Source: Steroidobacteraceae bacterium
Lineage (GTDB): Bacteria > Pseudomonadota > Gammaproteobacteria > Steroidobacterales > Steroidobacteraceae
Direction of reading: 5' to 3'
Length of the DNA: 34,999 bases
NCBI GenBank assembly: GCA_021325695.1
Contig: JAJTCR010000001.1
Coordinates: 1-34,999 of the forward strand
In this document: positions 1-12,421 of the stretch, piece after piece
Layout of the letters: the number at the start of each line of letters is the position of its first letter
Position numbering within the stretch: the first letter of the stretch is position 1
Position numbers and translations under genes: made by a program
Notes under the pieces: model-generated
Database searches by the model: none
What the model was told of the DNA's origin: nothing
What the model saw: only the letters and a program-made list of their open reading frames with translations

Positions 1-131
1 GCCGTGGCCGGGGAGGACGTGAAGAACCTTGGCTGGGGGCCTGCGAAGTCGAGCGGGATGGCAAGGTCGACCGGCCGCGAGACATCGACCCGCCAGCGGC
101 GCCCGCGCGCGCTGAACTCCAGTCCGTTCAT
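1..131 (-). CDS. Partial CDS (first ~43 codons, runs off the left edge); product unknown; apparently co-transcribed downstream of the 3-HAO gene
   Basis: The ATG at 131-129 lies 4 nt after the TGA (138-136) of the upstream gene. The translation MNGLEFSARGRRWRVDVSRPVDLAIPLDFAGPQPRFFTSSPATA stays open to the window edge. Third codon positions are almost all G/C, as in neighbouring genes. No family recognised. Confidence 0.35.
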   Translation of the reverse strand, partial: MNGLEFSARGRRWRVDVSRPVDLAIPLDFAGPQPRFFTSSPAT

Positions 132-135
132 GCGG

Positions 136-645
136 TCATCTGTGCATGACGCTGCCGCACTGGCGGCAGGCGGCGTGGGCGGGGTCCGACCAGAACCGCT
201 CGAAGACGGGCGGCAACTGGGCTTCGATGTCGGTGACCTGCAGGTACTCGCTGTACAACCGATGGCCGCAGCGTTCGCAAAACCAGAGAAAACCGTCGAC
301 CTCGCCGGGCCGGCGCTTGCGCTCGACCACGAGCCCGACGGTCCCGGCGTAACGTTGCGGCGAGTGGGGCACGTGCGCGGGCAGCAGCAGGACCTCGCCT
401 TCGCGGATCGGCACGTCGACCCGCCGGCCGTCCTGCACCGTCCGGAGCAGCATGTCGCCCTCGAGCTGGTGGAAGAATTCGTCCCCGGGATCGTCGTGGT
501 AGTCCTGGCGCGCGTTGGGCCCGCCCACGACCATGATGATGAACTCGCCCTGCTCGAAGACCTGCTTGTTGCAGACCGGCGGCTGCAGTTCCGCGCGGTG
601 TGCGTCGATCCATTGCCGCAGGTTCAGGGGTGACAACGGTTGCAT
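136..645 (-). CDS. nbaC: 3-hydroxyanthranilate 3,4-dioxygenase (cupin; kynurenine/NAD or nitroaromatic pathway)
   Basis: The 169-aa ORF has the cupin core (QDYHDDPGDEFFHQLEGDM ... LLPAHVPHSPQR). It also has the C-terminal rubredoxin-like CxxC...CxxC pair (CERCGH ... CRQCGS) typical of bacterial 3-HAO. Confidence 0.85.
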   Translation of the reverse strand: MQPLSPLNLRQWIDAHRAELQPPVCNKQVFEQGEFIIMVVGGPNARQDYHDDPGDEFFHQLEGDMLLRTVQDGRRVDVPIREGEVLLLPAHVPHSPQRYAGTVGLVVERKRRPGEVDGFLWFCERCGHRLYSEYLQVTDIEAQLPPVFERFWSDPAHAACRQCGSVMHR

Positions 646-668
646 GAGCTGAGTATAGAGGAGCCACT

Positions 669-1337
669 ATGGAACGAAGCACCACAGGGACCGTCGCGCT
701 CGCGCTCCTCACGTCGATGGGCATGCCCGGCAGCGCCGTGCGCGCCGAGCCCGTGAGCACGGCCGCTCCGGCCGCGGAGGTGAGTGCGGTCTGGATCGAG
801 CGCAAGCAGCTGTTCACCTACTTCGGCCAGACCACGTACTACTCGTGCTACGGCCTGCGGGACAAGGTGCGCTACATCCTGAAGCAGGTCGGCGCCCGAC
901 CCGACCTGTCGGTCTCGACCAGTTGCGTCGAATCGGGCGGTTCGGGCGTCGAGGCGCTGCCCAGCGTGCGCATCAAGGCGGCGTTCGCGACCGAGGCCAC
1001 GCCGGAACTGCTGCAGCGTCTCGCCGAGGACGCGTCCGAGCGCGAGCTCGTCGCACGGGTGCGCGGCAAGGGCGACGACGTCGACTCCGCGACGGCACAG
1101 TTTCCGGCCGTGCGGCACCGGGTCGAATTCGAGAGCGAGCGCCGCGGCCGCATCGAGGACGGCGACTGCGAATTGCTCGAGCAACTCGTCCGCCAGGTGC
1201 TCGAACCGGCCGGCCTGCGCGTCGCGGCCGATTCGCGGCTCGCCTGCATGCGCCATTCGATCCCCACCGGCTCCGTGCACCTGGTGCTCGACACGTTGCG
1301 CCCCGCGCCGCAGCCCGACGCGCCGACCGACTCCTGA
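669..1337 (+). CDS. Hypothetical secreted protein, Cys-containing, no family recognised
   Basis: GAGGAG lies about 7 nt upstream of the ATG at 669. An N-terminal signal-like segment (TVALALLTSMGMPGSAVRA/EP) is present. GC3 is high. Only weak alternative-frame ORFs overlap it. Confidence 0.6.
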   Translation: MERSTTGTVALALLTSMGMPGSAVRAEPVSTAAPAAEVSAVWIERKQLFTYFGQTTYYSCYGLRDKVRYILKQVGARPDLSVSTSCVESGGSGVEALPSVRIKAAFATEATPELLQRLAEDASERELVARVRGKGDDVDSATAQFPAVRHRVEFESERRGRIEDGDCELLEQLVRQVLEPAGLRVAADSRLACMRHSIPTGSVHLVLDTLRPAPQPDAPTDS

Positions 1338-1343
1338 GCGAGG

Positions 1344-2186
1344 TCAGTCCTCGAGCGCCATGCCGCCGGTGCGGTTGAGCACCTGCACGGGTTGCGAGGC
1401 TGCCGCGTCGATCTGTTGTGCGGTCAGCGCACCTCCCCAGACGCAGCCGGTGTCGAGTCCGAGCACGCCGCCCTCGGCGACGTAGCCGAGCGCGGACCAG
1501 TGGCCGAAGACCAGCCGCTCGCCCGCGGTCTTGCGCCACGGCACCCGGAACCAGGGCTGGAAGCTCTGCGGGGCCGTCTCGGGCGGTCCCTTGAACCCCA
1601 GGAGCATGCGACCGTCGTCGACGCTGCACACGCGCAGGCGGGTGAAGGCATTGATCGTAAAACGCAGCCGGTCCCAGCCGTCCAGTTCATCGCGCCAGAG
1701 CGCCGGCTCGTTGCCGTACATGTGCGCGAACAACTCGCCGACGCGTTCGCCGCGCAGTCGTTGCTCGACCTCGCGCGCGCAACTGCGCGCTGTCGCGACC
1801 GACCACTGGGGCGGCAAGCCGGCGTGCAGCAGGCTCGTGCCGAGCCGCGGGTCGTGATGCATCAGCGGTCGCGCCTGCAGCCAGTCGAGCAGCGTGTCGC
1901 GGTCCGGTGCAGACATCACCTGTTCGAGCCCGCCATCGGTGCGTTTCCACGCCGCGTTGCCGCGCGCGATCGCGAGCAGGTGCAGGTCGTGGTTGCCGAG
2001 CACGACCACGGCCGCGTCGCCGAGGGAGCGGACGTAGCGCAGCGTGTCGAGCGATCGCGGACCGCGGTTGACGAGGTCGCCCACGAACCAGAGCCGGTCG
2101 TTCGCCGCGTCGAAGTCGAGCCGCGCGAGCAGTTCCTCGAGTTGGTCGGCGCAGCCCTGGACGTCGCCGATCGCGTAGACCGCCAT
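1344..2186 (-). CDS. apaH: Bis(5'-nucleosyl)-tetraphosphatase, symmetrical (Ap4A hydrolase)
   Basis: The N-terminus is MAVYAIGDVQGC. The metallophosphatase motifs GDLVNRGP and GNHD are present. It sits in the conserved position downstream of apaG. Confidence 0.9.
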   Translation of the reverse strand: MAVYAIGDVQGCADQLEELLARLDFDAANDRLWFVGDLVNRGPRSLDTLRYVRSLGDAAVVVLGNHDLHLLAIARGNAAWKRTDGGLEQVMSAPDRDTLLDWLQARPLMHHDPRLGTSLLHAGLPPQWSVATARSCAREVEQRLRGERVGELFAHMYGNEPALWRDELDGWDRLRFTINAFTRLRVCSVDDGRMLLGFKGPPETAPQSFQPWFRVPWRKTAGERLVFGHWSALGYVAEGGVLGLDTGCVWGGALTAQQIDAAASQPVQVLNRTGGMALED

Positions 2187-2196
2187 CGCGTCCCGG

Positions 2197-2580
2197 TCAG
2201 TGCAGCACGCCCGGCATCGCGAGCCGGAACGGTGCGATCGGTGCGTCGAACTGCTCGCCGTCGTCGGCGAGCATCCGGTAGCGGCCCTGCATCGAGCCGA
2301 CGGGAGTCTCGAGGATCGCGCCGCTCGAGTAACGGAAGCCCTGGCCGGGCTGCAGGTGCGGCTGCTCGCCGACCACGCCTTCGCCGACGACTTCCTGCAC
2401 CTTGCCGTTGGCGTCGGTGATCAGCCAGTGCCGGGCCATCAGCCGCGCGGGCTTCGTGCCCTCGTTGCGGATCGTGATGGTGTACGAGAACACGTAGCGT
2501 CCGTCCGCCGGATTCGACTGGTCCTCGACGTAATTCGTCGTGACGTCGACGCGGATGCGATTGGACGCCGTTGCGGTCAC
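2197..2580 (-). CDS. apaG: ApaG (DUF525) protein
   Basis: This is the C-terminal 127 codons of track ORF 2197..3078. The sequence includes VTTNYVEDQSNPADGRYVFSYTITIRNEG ... WLITDANG ... GEQP.L.PG..F.Y.S, typical of ApaG. The GTG start at 2580 overlaps the usp stop (GTGA). Confidence 0.85.
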   Translation of the reverse strand: MTATASNRIRVDVTTNYVEDQSNPADGRYVFSYTITIRNEGTKPARLMARHWLITDANGKVQEVVGEGVVGEQPHLQPGQGFRYSSGAILETPVGSMQGRYRMLADDGEQFDAPIAPFRLAMPGVLH

Positions 2581-3014
2581 TTGCGCGCCCAGCGCACGGC
2601 GAGCACGTCGCACGGCGCCGCGTGCAGCACGGTGTCCTCGGTCTGGTTGAACAGGATCGACACGCCGTGGCGCTCGCGGCTGCCGAGCACGATCAGGTCC
2701 GCGCCGGTCTCCTGCGCGATCCGGACCACCTCGCTCTTGATGTTGCCGGCGCGCACGACGCGCTGGGCGGCCTCGAGACCGGCGCGCGTCGCCAGTTCGG
2801 CGATCCGCTTCGTCGCACGTTCGACCAGTTCGCCCTCGATCTGCACGGCGGGCAGCAGCGCTTCGCCCATCGGCTCGACGGGCACGTACTCGACGACGTG
2901 CAGGAGCGTCACCGCAGCACCGCAGCGCGCGGCCATGTCGCGCGCACGCTCGGCGATCTGCTCGCTGCCGTCCGTCAGGTCGACGCACGCCAGGATCTTC
3001 TTGTATTCGCGCAT
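2577..3014 (-). CDS. Universal stress protein (UspA family, single domain)
   Basis: A 145-aa product from the ATG at 3014: MREYKKILACVDLTDGS ... DLIVLGSRERHGVSILFNQTEDTVLHAAPCDVLAV. The pattern is the Usp ATP-binding type, G-2x-G-9x-G(S/T). Confidence 0.85.
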   Translation of the reverse strand: MREYKKILACVDLTDGSEQIAERARDMAARCGAAVTLLHVVEYVPVEPMGEALLPAVQIEGELVERATKRIAELATRAGLEAAQRVVRAGNIKSEVVRIAQETGADLIVLGSRERHGVSILFNQTEDTVLHAAPCDVLAVRWARK

Positions 3015-3081
3015 GGTCCACTCCCGTCGGCCGCGATTGTCCGGCTCCGCCCGTGGGGGCGGCGCACCGGTCCTGCAAACG

Positions 3082-3109
3082 ATTATAGGCGGGACCCGGG
3101 GTCCGACAA
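3082..3109 (-). promoter_or_regulatory. Candidate sigma70 promoter for usp-apaG-apaH (TTGTCG-16 nt-TATAAT on the minus strand)
   Basis: Minus strand reads TTGTCG (3109-3104), a 16-nt spacer, then a perfect TATAAT (3087-3082). It lies about 70 nt upstream of the usp ATG, inside the 109-nt rsmA-usp spacer. Sequence pattern only. Confidence 0.35.
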
Positions 3110-3123
3110 TCCGGGATCGTGCG

Positions 3124-3933
3124 TCACGGAGCTCGGGGGCTCTGCGCGGGCGCCGGGGCGCACTGGCGCGCGAGTGCACCGAATTGCGCCGGCGACAGCG
3201 TCTCGCCACGCGCGCCCGGGTCGATGCCGGCCGCCACGATCTGCTCGGGCGTGAGCAGGCCGTCGAGCGCGTTGCGCAACGTCTTGCGACGCTTGGAGAA
3301 CGCGGCCGACACCACGCGGGCGAACGCGGCCGGCTCGCCCGCGTCGAACGGCGCACGTCGGTGCGGGTGCAACGCGAAGAACGTCGAGACCACTTGTGGC
3401 GGCGGCTTGAACGCGCCCGTGCCGATGTCGAACAGCGGCTGGACCGCGACGTGCGGGGCCAGCGTGACGGTGAGGCGACCGTAGTCGCCCGTGTCGGGGC
3501 GCGCCGCCATCCGCAGCACGACCTCCCGTTGCAGCATGAAGTGCATGTCGGCGAACGCGTCGATCTGGCCGATGAAGTGGAACAGCAGCGGCGTCGAGAC
3601 GTTGTAGGGCAGGTTGCCGACCAGTCGCAGCGGCGCGCCCTCGCCCCGCAGTGCACGGAAGTCGAACTCGAGCGCGTCGGCCAGGTGCACACGCAGCTCG
3701 CCGCGTCCGGCGCAGCGGTCCTGCAGTTGCGGCAGGACGTCCGCGTCGATCTCGACGACGTCGATCGCCCCTGCGCGCTCGAGCACCGGCACCGTGATCG
3801 CGCCGCGCCCGGGCCCGACTTCGACGATGCGCTGACCGGGCTGCGGGTCGATGGCCCGCACGATCCGCTCGATCGTGCCCGGATCGTGCAGGAAATGCTG
3901 CCCGTAGCGCTTCTTGGGGTAGCGCGCGTTCAC
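3124..3933 (-). CDS. rsmA: 16S rRNA (adenine1518/1519-N6)-dimethyltransferase
   Basis: KKRYGQHFLHD ... VEVGPGRGAIT ... GNLPYNVSTP are classic KsgA/RsmA motifs. The GTG start overlaps the pdxA stop (GTGA). Confidence 0.9.
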   Translation of the reverse strand: MNARYPKKRYGQHFLHDPGTIERIVRAIDPQPGQRIVEVGPGRGAITVPVLERAGAIDVVEIDADVLPQLQDRCAGRGELRVHLADALEFDFRALRGEGAPLRLVGNLPYNVSTPLLFHFIGQIDAFADMHFMLQREVVLRMAARPDTGDYGRLTVTLAPHVAVQPLFDIGTGAFKPPPQVVSTFFALHPHRRAPFDAGEPAAFARVVSAAFSKRRKTLRNALDGLLTPEQIVAAGIDPGARGETLSPAQFGALARQCAPAPAQSPRAP

Positions 3934-4961
3934 CAGTGCGACGTCTGCGAGCGCACGCGCCGGCTCAGGTCGAGGGCGAGATCGAAGGCGGCGCGCAGGC
4001 TGCCGGTGTCGGCCTTGCGCGTCCCGGCGAGGTCGAGCGCGGTGCCGTGATCGACCGAGGTGCGCACGATCGGCAGGCCGAGCGTGACGTTGACGGCATG
4101 GCCGAAGCTCGCGTGCTTGAGCACCGGCAGGCCCTGGTCGTGGTACATCGCGACGATCGCGTCGAAGCCGGCGAGGTTCGCGGGCAGGAAGGCCGTGTCG
4201 GCCGGCACGGGACCGGTGACGTCGTGCCCTTCACCGCGCAGCGCGGCGAGCACCGGCTCGATCGTCTCGATCTCCTCGCGGCCGAGGTGGCCGCTTTCGC
4301 CCGCGTGCGGGTTCAGGCCCAGCACCAGCAGGCGCGGCTTGCGCACGCCGAACATCGTGCGCAGGTCGGACTCCGTGATGCGCAACACCGATTCGAGGCG
4401 CGCGGCGGTGATCGCGGCACCGACGCTGCGCAGCGGCAGGTGCGTGGTCACGAGCGCGACACGCATGCCGCCGCCGACCAGCAGCATCACCGGCAACCGC
4501 ACGCCGGTCTGCCGCGCCAGGTACTCGGTGTGACCGGTGAACGGGAAGCCGGCCTCGTTGATGACGGATTTCTGGACCGGCGCGGTCACGATCGCGTGGA
4601 AGGCGCCGGCGGCGCAGCCGCCGATCGCGGCGTCGAGCGTGTCGAGCACGTAGCGCGCGTTCGCGGGATCGAGGCGCCCCGGCACGGCGGGCACCGCCAG
4701 CGGCACGTGCAGCAACTCGACGCCGGGTCGCGGCTCGGCCGTCGCGTCGAACAGTGTGAGGCGAGGCTTCGGCGCCCGCTTGAGCCGCGACCGGCCGGCG
4801 AGCGAGCCGTCACCGATCAGTACCACCCGACAACCGGCGGGTGGATCCTCGAGCAGCGTCGAGCAGATGTCCGGGCCGATGCCGGCCGGCTCGCCCATCG
4901 TGATCGCGATCGTCCGGAGCGGCGCCTCGACGGGGCGGCCAGTCCTGCGCCGCGTGTTCAC
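3930..4961 (-). CDS. pdxA: 4-hydroxythreonine-4-phosphate dehydrogenase
   Basis: This is the C-terminal part of track ORF 3930..5762. Motifs include ITMGEPAGIGPD ... TGHTEYLA ... LGLNPHAGE ... AMYHDQGL ... RTSVDHGTA. I chose the GTG at 4961 as the start because it overlaps the surA stop. The start is uncertain by a few tens of nt. Confidence 0.85.
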   Translation of the reverse strand: MNTRRRTGRPVEAPLRTIAITMGEPAGIGPDICSTLLEDPPAGCRVVLIGDGSLAGRSRLKRAPKPRLTLFDATAEPRPGVELLHVPLAVPAVPGRLDPANARYVLDTLDAAIGGCAAGAFHAIVTAPVQKSVINEAGFPFTGHTEYLARQTGVRLPVMLLVGGGMRVALVTTHLPLRSVGAAITAARLESVLRITESDLRTMFGVRKPRLLVLGLNPHAGESGHLGREEIETIEPVLAALRGEGHDVTGPVPADTAFLPANLAGFDAIVAMYHDQGLPVLKHASFGHAVNVTLGLPIVRTSVDHGTALDLAGTRKADTGSLRAAFDLALDLSRRVRSQTSHW

Positions 4962-6271
4962 ATCCGGTATTCGACGAAAGCTTCGTCGCGCAGCCGCCGC
5001 AGCCAGATCTCCGTCTCCTCGTCTGCGCGTGCCTCGCGCAGCTGTACGACGCAGCGGTTGCGCGTGACGTCGCCGCTCGCGTCGTAGGTGCGGCGGCCAA
5101 GCAGCTGGATGATGTGCCAGCCGTACTCGGTCTTGAAGGGCTCGCTGATCTGGTTCTCCTGGAGCGCATCGAGCTGCCGCTCGAACTCGGGAACGAAGCT
5201 GCCGCGGCCGGCCCAGCCGAGGTCGCCGCCCTGGGCGGCGGAGCCCGGGTCCTCCGAGGTGACCGACGCGATCGCCTCGAAGCTCTCGCCCTTGATCACG
5301 CGCTCGCGGATCTGCGTGAGCTTCTGGCGCACCGTCTGGTCGTCCTCGACCTCGTTGGGCTTCATCAGGATGTGCCGCGCGTGCACCTGCGAGACGATCG
5401 CCGCGGCCTGGCCGCCGCGCACCTCGAGCACCTTGAAGATGTGCAGGCCGCTCGGCGTGCGGATGGGCGCCGTCACCTCGCCGGGCTGCAGGTTCGGGAT
5501 GATTTCGGCGACGAACGACGGCAGCTGGCTCGCCTTGCGCCAGCCGAGCGCGCCGCCCTCGAGCGCCGTGCCCGAATCGGAGTAGGTGATCGCAAGCTGG
5601 CCGAAGTCCTCGTTCTGCTTCGCACGCGCGTACACCGCCTGCGCCCGCGAGGTGCGCTCGGCGATCTGTTGTTCGTTGGCCGTGCTCGGGACCGCGACCA
5701 GGATGTGCGAGAGGTTGAACTCGTTGTCCACGTTCGGCGACGCCTTGCGCTTTGCGATGCACTGCTCGACCTCGCGCGGCGAGACGTACACGCGCGCGAG
5801 CACGTCGCGCTGGCGCAGCGTCTGCATGACCATTTCGCGACGGACCTCGTCGCGATAGTCGCGATAGTCGAGGCCCTGGGCCTCGAGCGCCGCGGGCAGC
5901 TCGCTGAACTTGATGTTGTTGCGCTGCGCGACTTCGGTGAGGGCCTGGTTCACGGCCTCGTCGGCGATCCGGATGCCGAGGCGCTCCGCGCGCTGCATCT
6001 GCAGCTCCTGCAGCACGAGGCGCTCGAGCACCTGCTGGCGCAGCACGTTGCGCGGCGGCAGCTGCTGTCCCTGCTGCTGGATGCGTTCGCCGATCGTCGC
6101 CATCTGCGTCTCGACGTCGCTGCGCAGGACGATGCCGTCGTTGACGACGGCGGCGACGCGGTCGAGCAGGACACCGGTCGAGCTCAACTCCTTGGATTGG
6201 GCGTGCGCGCTTCCGGCGGCGGCCGCCAGCAACGCGAGCGCGCCGAAAAACTGCTTGATTATCAAGGGCAT
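4958..6271 (-). CDS. surA: Periplasmic chaperone / peptidyl-prolyl isomerase SurA
   Basis: The signal peptide is MPLIIKQFFGALALLAAAAGSAHA. Two parvulin-type PPIase blocks are present (SHILV ... GG.LGW and ARHILM ... GGDLGW). Conserved position between lptD and pdxA. The start at 6271 lies 1 nt after the lptD stop. Confidence 0.9.
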   Translation of the reverse strand: MPLIIKQFFGALALLAAAAGSAHAQSKELSSTGVLLDRVAAVVNDGIVLRSDVETQMATIGERIQQQGQQLPPRNVLRQQVLERLVLQELQMQRAERLGIRIADEAVNQALTEVAQRNNIKFSELPAALEAQGLDYRDYRDEVRREMVMQTLRQRDVLARVYVSPREVEQCIAKRKASPNVDNEFNLSHILVAVPSTANEQQIAERTSRAQAVYARAKQNEDFGQLAITYSDSGTALEGGALGWRKASQLPSFVAEIIPNLQPGEVTAPIRTPSGLHIFKVLEVRGGQAAAIVSQVHARHILMKPNEVEDDQTVRQKLTQIRERVIKGESFEAIASVTSEDPGSAAQGGDLGWAGRGSFVPEFERQLDALQENQISEPFKTEYGWHIIQLLGRRTYDASGDVTRNRCVVQLREARADEETEIWLRRLRDEAFVEYRM

Positions 6272-6272
6272 C

Positions 6273-10436
<4,164 letters not shown>

Positions 10437-10456
10437 GTTCGAAGTCGCGATGGCCG

Positions 10457-10580
10457 AGCCGGCATCCGTCTTCCGGCATGTCGGCCGGGGACGCCGTAAA
10501 CCCATCCATGGGGGCTCCGGCCGCGGCGTCCATGCCGCGGACGGCCCCGGTCCGACATACCGAAAGCCCGAATGCCGGGA
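10457..10580. repeat. ~125-nt imperfect palindromic (REP/MITE-like) element in the murU-lipA spacer
   Basis: The left arm (10458-10496) pairs with the right arm (10538-10579). Paired blocks are CCGGCAT, CG, TT, CGG, ATGTCGG, CCGGGG, CG and CCG, about 32 of 42 positions. Each arm contains a CCGGCAT/ATGCCGG motif repeated 14 nt apart. The 41-nt loop has its own small inverted repeat, CCCAT-CC-ATGGG. Confidence 0.5.
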
Positions 10581-10641
10581 GGGCCGCTGCGCGGCCAGCG
10601 GGTGCCGAACTGCGCCGTCCAGCACGTACAATGCGCGTCTT

Positions 10642-11703
10642 ATGGCCGACTTCAAAGGCATCCCTGTCACCACGGCTACGGCGTCGCCTGCCCGGCCGAG
10701 CGGCGAGAAATACGTGACGCCGCAAGGCTTTACGGCGATCCGCGACGGCATGAAGGCCGCGAGCGGAGCGGGCGCCGCGGCGCTCACGCCCGTCGGCCGC
10801 AAGCCGTCCTGGCTGCGTGCGCCGATGCCGGCCGGGCACGGTTTCGACACGGTCAAGCAGGTCGTTCGCGAACACCGCCTCGCCACCGTGTGCGAGGAAG
10901 CCAAGTGCCCGAACATCGGCGAGTGCTGGAACGCCGGCACCGCGACCATCATGCTGATGGGCGAGGTGTGCACGCGCGCGTGTCGCTTCTGCGCCGTGGA
11001 CACCGGCAATCCGCGCGGCTGGCTCGACGCCGAGGAACCGGTCAATTCCGCGCGCACCGTGCAACTCATGGCACTGAAGTATGTCGTGCTGACCTCGGTC
11101 GACCGCGACGACCTTCCCGACGGCGGGGCGGCGCATTTCGCGGCCTGCGTGCGCGAGATCAAGCGCCTGAACCCCGCCACCGCGGTCGAGGCGTTGACGC
11201 CCGACTTCCAGGGCGTGCTGCGCGATGTCGAGACCGTGGTCGACAGCGGGCTCGACGTGTTCGCGCAGAACGTCGAGACGGTCCGGCGCCTCACGCACCC
11301 GGTCCGCGATCCGCGCGCGTCCTACGAGCAGACGCTCGCGGTGCTCGCGCACGCGAAGCAGCACCGTCGCGCCCAGGGCGACGTGCTCGTCAAGACGAGC
11401 CTCATGCTCGGGCTCGGCGAGACGGGTGATGAAATCGTCGAGACGCTGCGCGACCTGCGCGCGGTCGGCGTCGACCTGCTGACGCTCGGTCAATACCTGC
11501 GCCCGACGGTGAATCACTTGCCGGTCCAGCGCTTCGTGCCACCCGAGGATTTCGAGCGTTATCGGCAGACGGCACTCGACTTCGGTTTCGTCGAATGCGT
11601 CGCCGGACCGCTCGTGCGCTCGAGCTATCGCGCCGAGCAGGCACTCGCGCGCAACAACGCCGGCCTCGGCGCGGGCGGCCTGGCGCAACGACATGGCGCT
11701 TGA
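10642..11703 (+). CDS. lipA: Lipoyl synthase (radical SAM)
   Basis: Motifs [13 protein letters not shown] and the radical-SAM CTRACRFC are present, plus [12 protein letters not shown] and [11 protein letters not shown]. The start at the ATG 10642 (MADFKGIPV) was chosen over the longer track ORF, whose upstream part covers the palindromic element. Confidence 0.9.
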   Translation: MADFKGIPVTTATASPARPSGEKYVTPQGFTAIRDGMKAASGAGAAALTPVGRKPSWLRAPMPAGHGFDTVKQVVREHRLATVCEEAKCPNIGECWNAGTATIMLMGEVCTRACRFCAVDTGNPRGWLDAEEPVNSARTVQLMALKYVVLTSVDRDDLPDGGAAHFAACVREIKRLNPATAVEALTPDFQGVLRDVETVVDSGLDVFAQNVETVRRLTHPVRDPRASYEQTLAVLAHAKQHRRAQGDVLVKTSLMLGLGETGDEIVETLRDLRAVGVDLLTLGQYLRPTVNHLPVQRFVPPEDFERYRQTALDFGFVECVAGPLVRSSYRAEQALARNNAGLGAGGLAQRHGA

Positions 11704-12421
11704 GTCATTGCCGTCACCCGGGCTGCAGCCGACCCCCTTAGCGACAGCGGCAGCGGTGGGAATGCTCTGGCTCGGCCGGGTCGAGTACGAGCCCACTTGG
11801 CGCGCGATGCAACGGCGCACGGAACAGGCGGACGCCACGACGCGCGACGAAATCTGGTTTCTCGAACACCCGCCCGTCTTCACGATGGGCATGAACGCCA
11901 GGGCGGAACATTTGCTCGCCGTCGGCGACATCCCGGTCGTCGACATCGATCGCGGTGGGCAAGTGACCTACCACGGCCCGGGCCAGCTGGTCGTATACCC
12001 ACTGCTCGACCTCTCGCGCCGCTCACTCGGCGTGCGCGCGCTGGTCGAGGCCATCGAGCGCGCCGTGATCGACACGCTCGCGCACTGGGACATCGGGGCG
12101 CGTGGCAAGCGCGAGGCGCCCGGCGTCTACGTGGGCGAGCGCAAGATCGCGAGCATCGGCCTGCGCATCCGACGCGGCCGCTCCTATCACGGTTTGGCGC
12201 TCAACGTCGGCATGGACCTCGAACCGTTCGCGCGGATCAATCCGTGCGGCCATGCGGGGCTGCAGATGACGCAGGTGAGCGCGCTCGGCGGGCCGACGGA
12301 CGTGCGGACGGTGGCCGACGCGCTCGCGCCGCACCTGCTGCGTGCGCTGGGCTTCGACGACGTGGCACCGCTCGATCAGAGCGCGACGAGCACCTGGCTG
12401 CAGGACGTGAGCTCGAGATAG
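11693..12421 (+). CDS. lipB: Octanoyltransferase (lipoyl(octanoyl) transferase)
   Basis: Motifs [12 protein letters not shown] ... [18 protein letters not shown] ... [22 protein letters not shown] ... PCG are present. The gene overlaps the lipA end by 11 nt. An alternative ATG lies at 11762. Confidence 0.85.
   Translation: MALESLPSPGLQPTPLATAAAVGMLWLGRVEYEPTWRAMQRRTEQADATTRDEIWFLEHPPVFTMGMNARAEHLLAVGDIPVVDIDRGGQVTYHGPGQLVVYPLLDLSRRSLGVRALVEAIERAVIDTLAHWDIGARGKREAPGVYVGERKIASIGLRIRRGRSYHGLALNVGMDLEPFARINPCGHAGLQMTQVSALGGPTDVRTVADALAPHLLRALGFDDVAPLDQSATSTWLQDVSSR

Noticed and set aside
128-817. A 229-aa minus-strand ORF spanning the nbaC gene and the start of the neighbouring gene.
   Set aside because: It is out of frame with the clearly recognisable 3-HAO cupin ORF (136..645). 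Its translation is R/A/G/P-rich and it crosses a divergent promoter region.
3047-3062. The CCGCCC-GTGG-GGGCGG hairpin in the rsmA-usp spacer was considered as an rsmA terminator.
   Set aside because: It lies downstream of the candidate usp promoter, so it would be in the usp 5' UTR. It has only a 6-bp stem and no U-tract. It is mentioned under the usp finding but not called as a feature.
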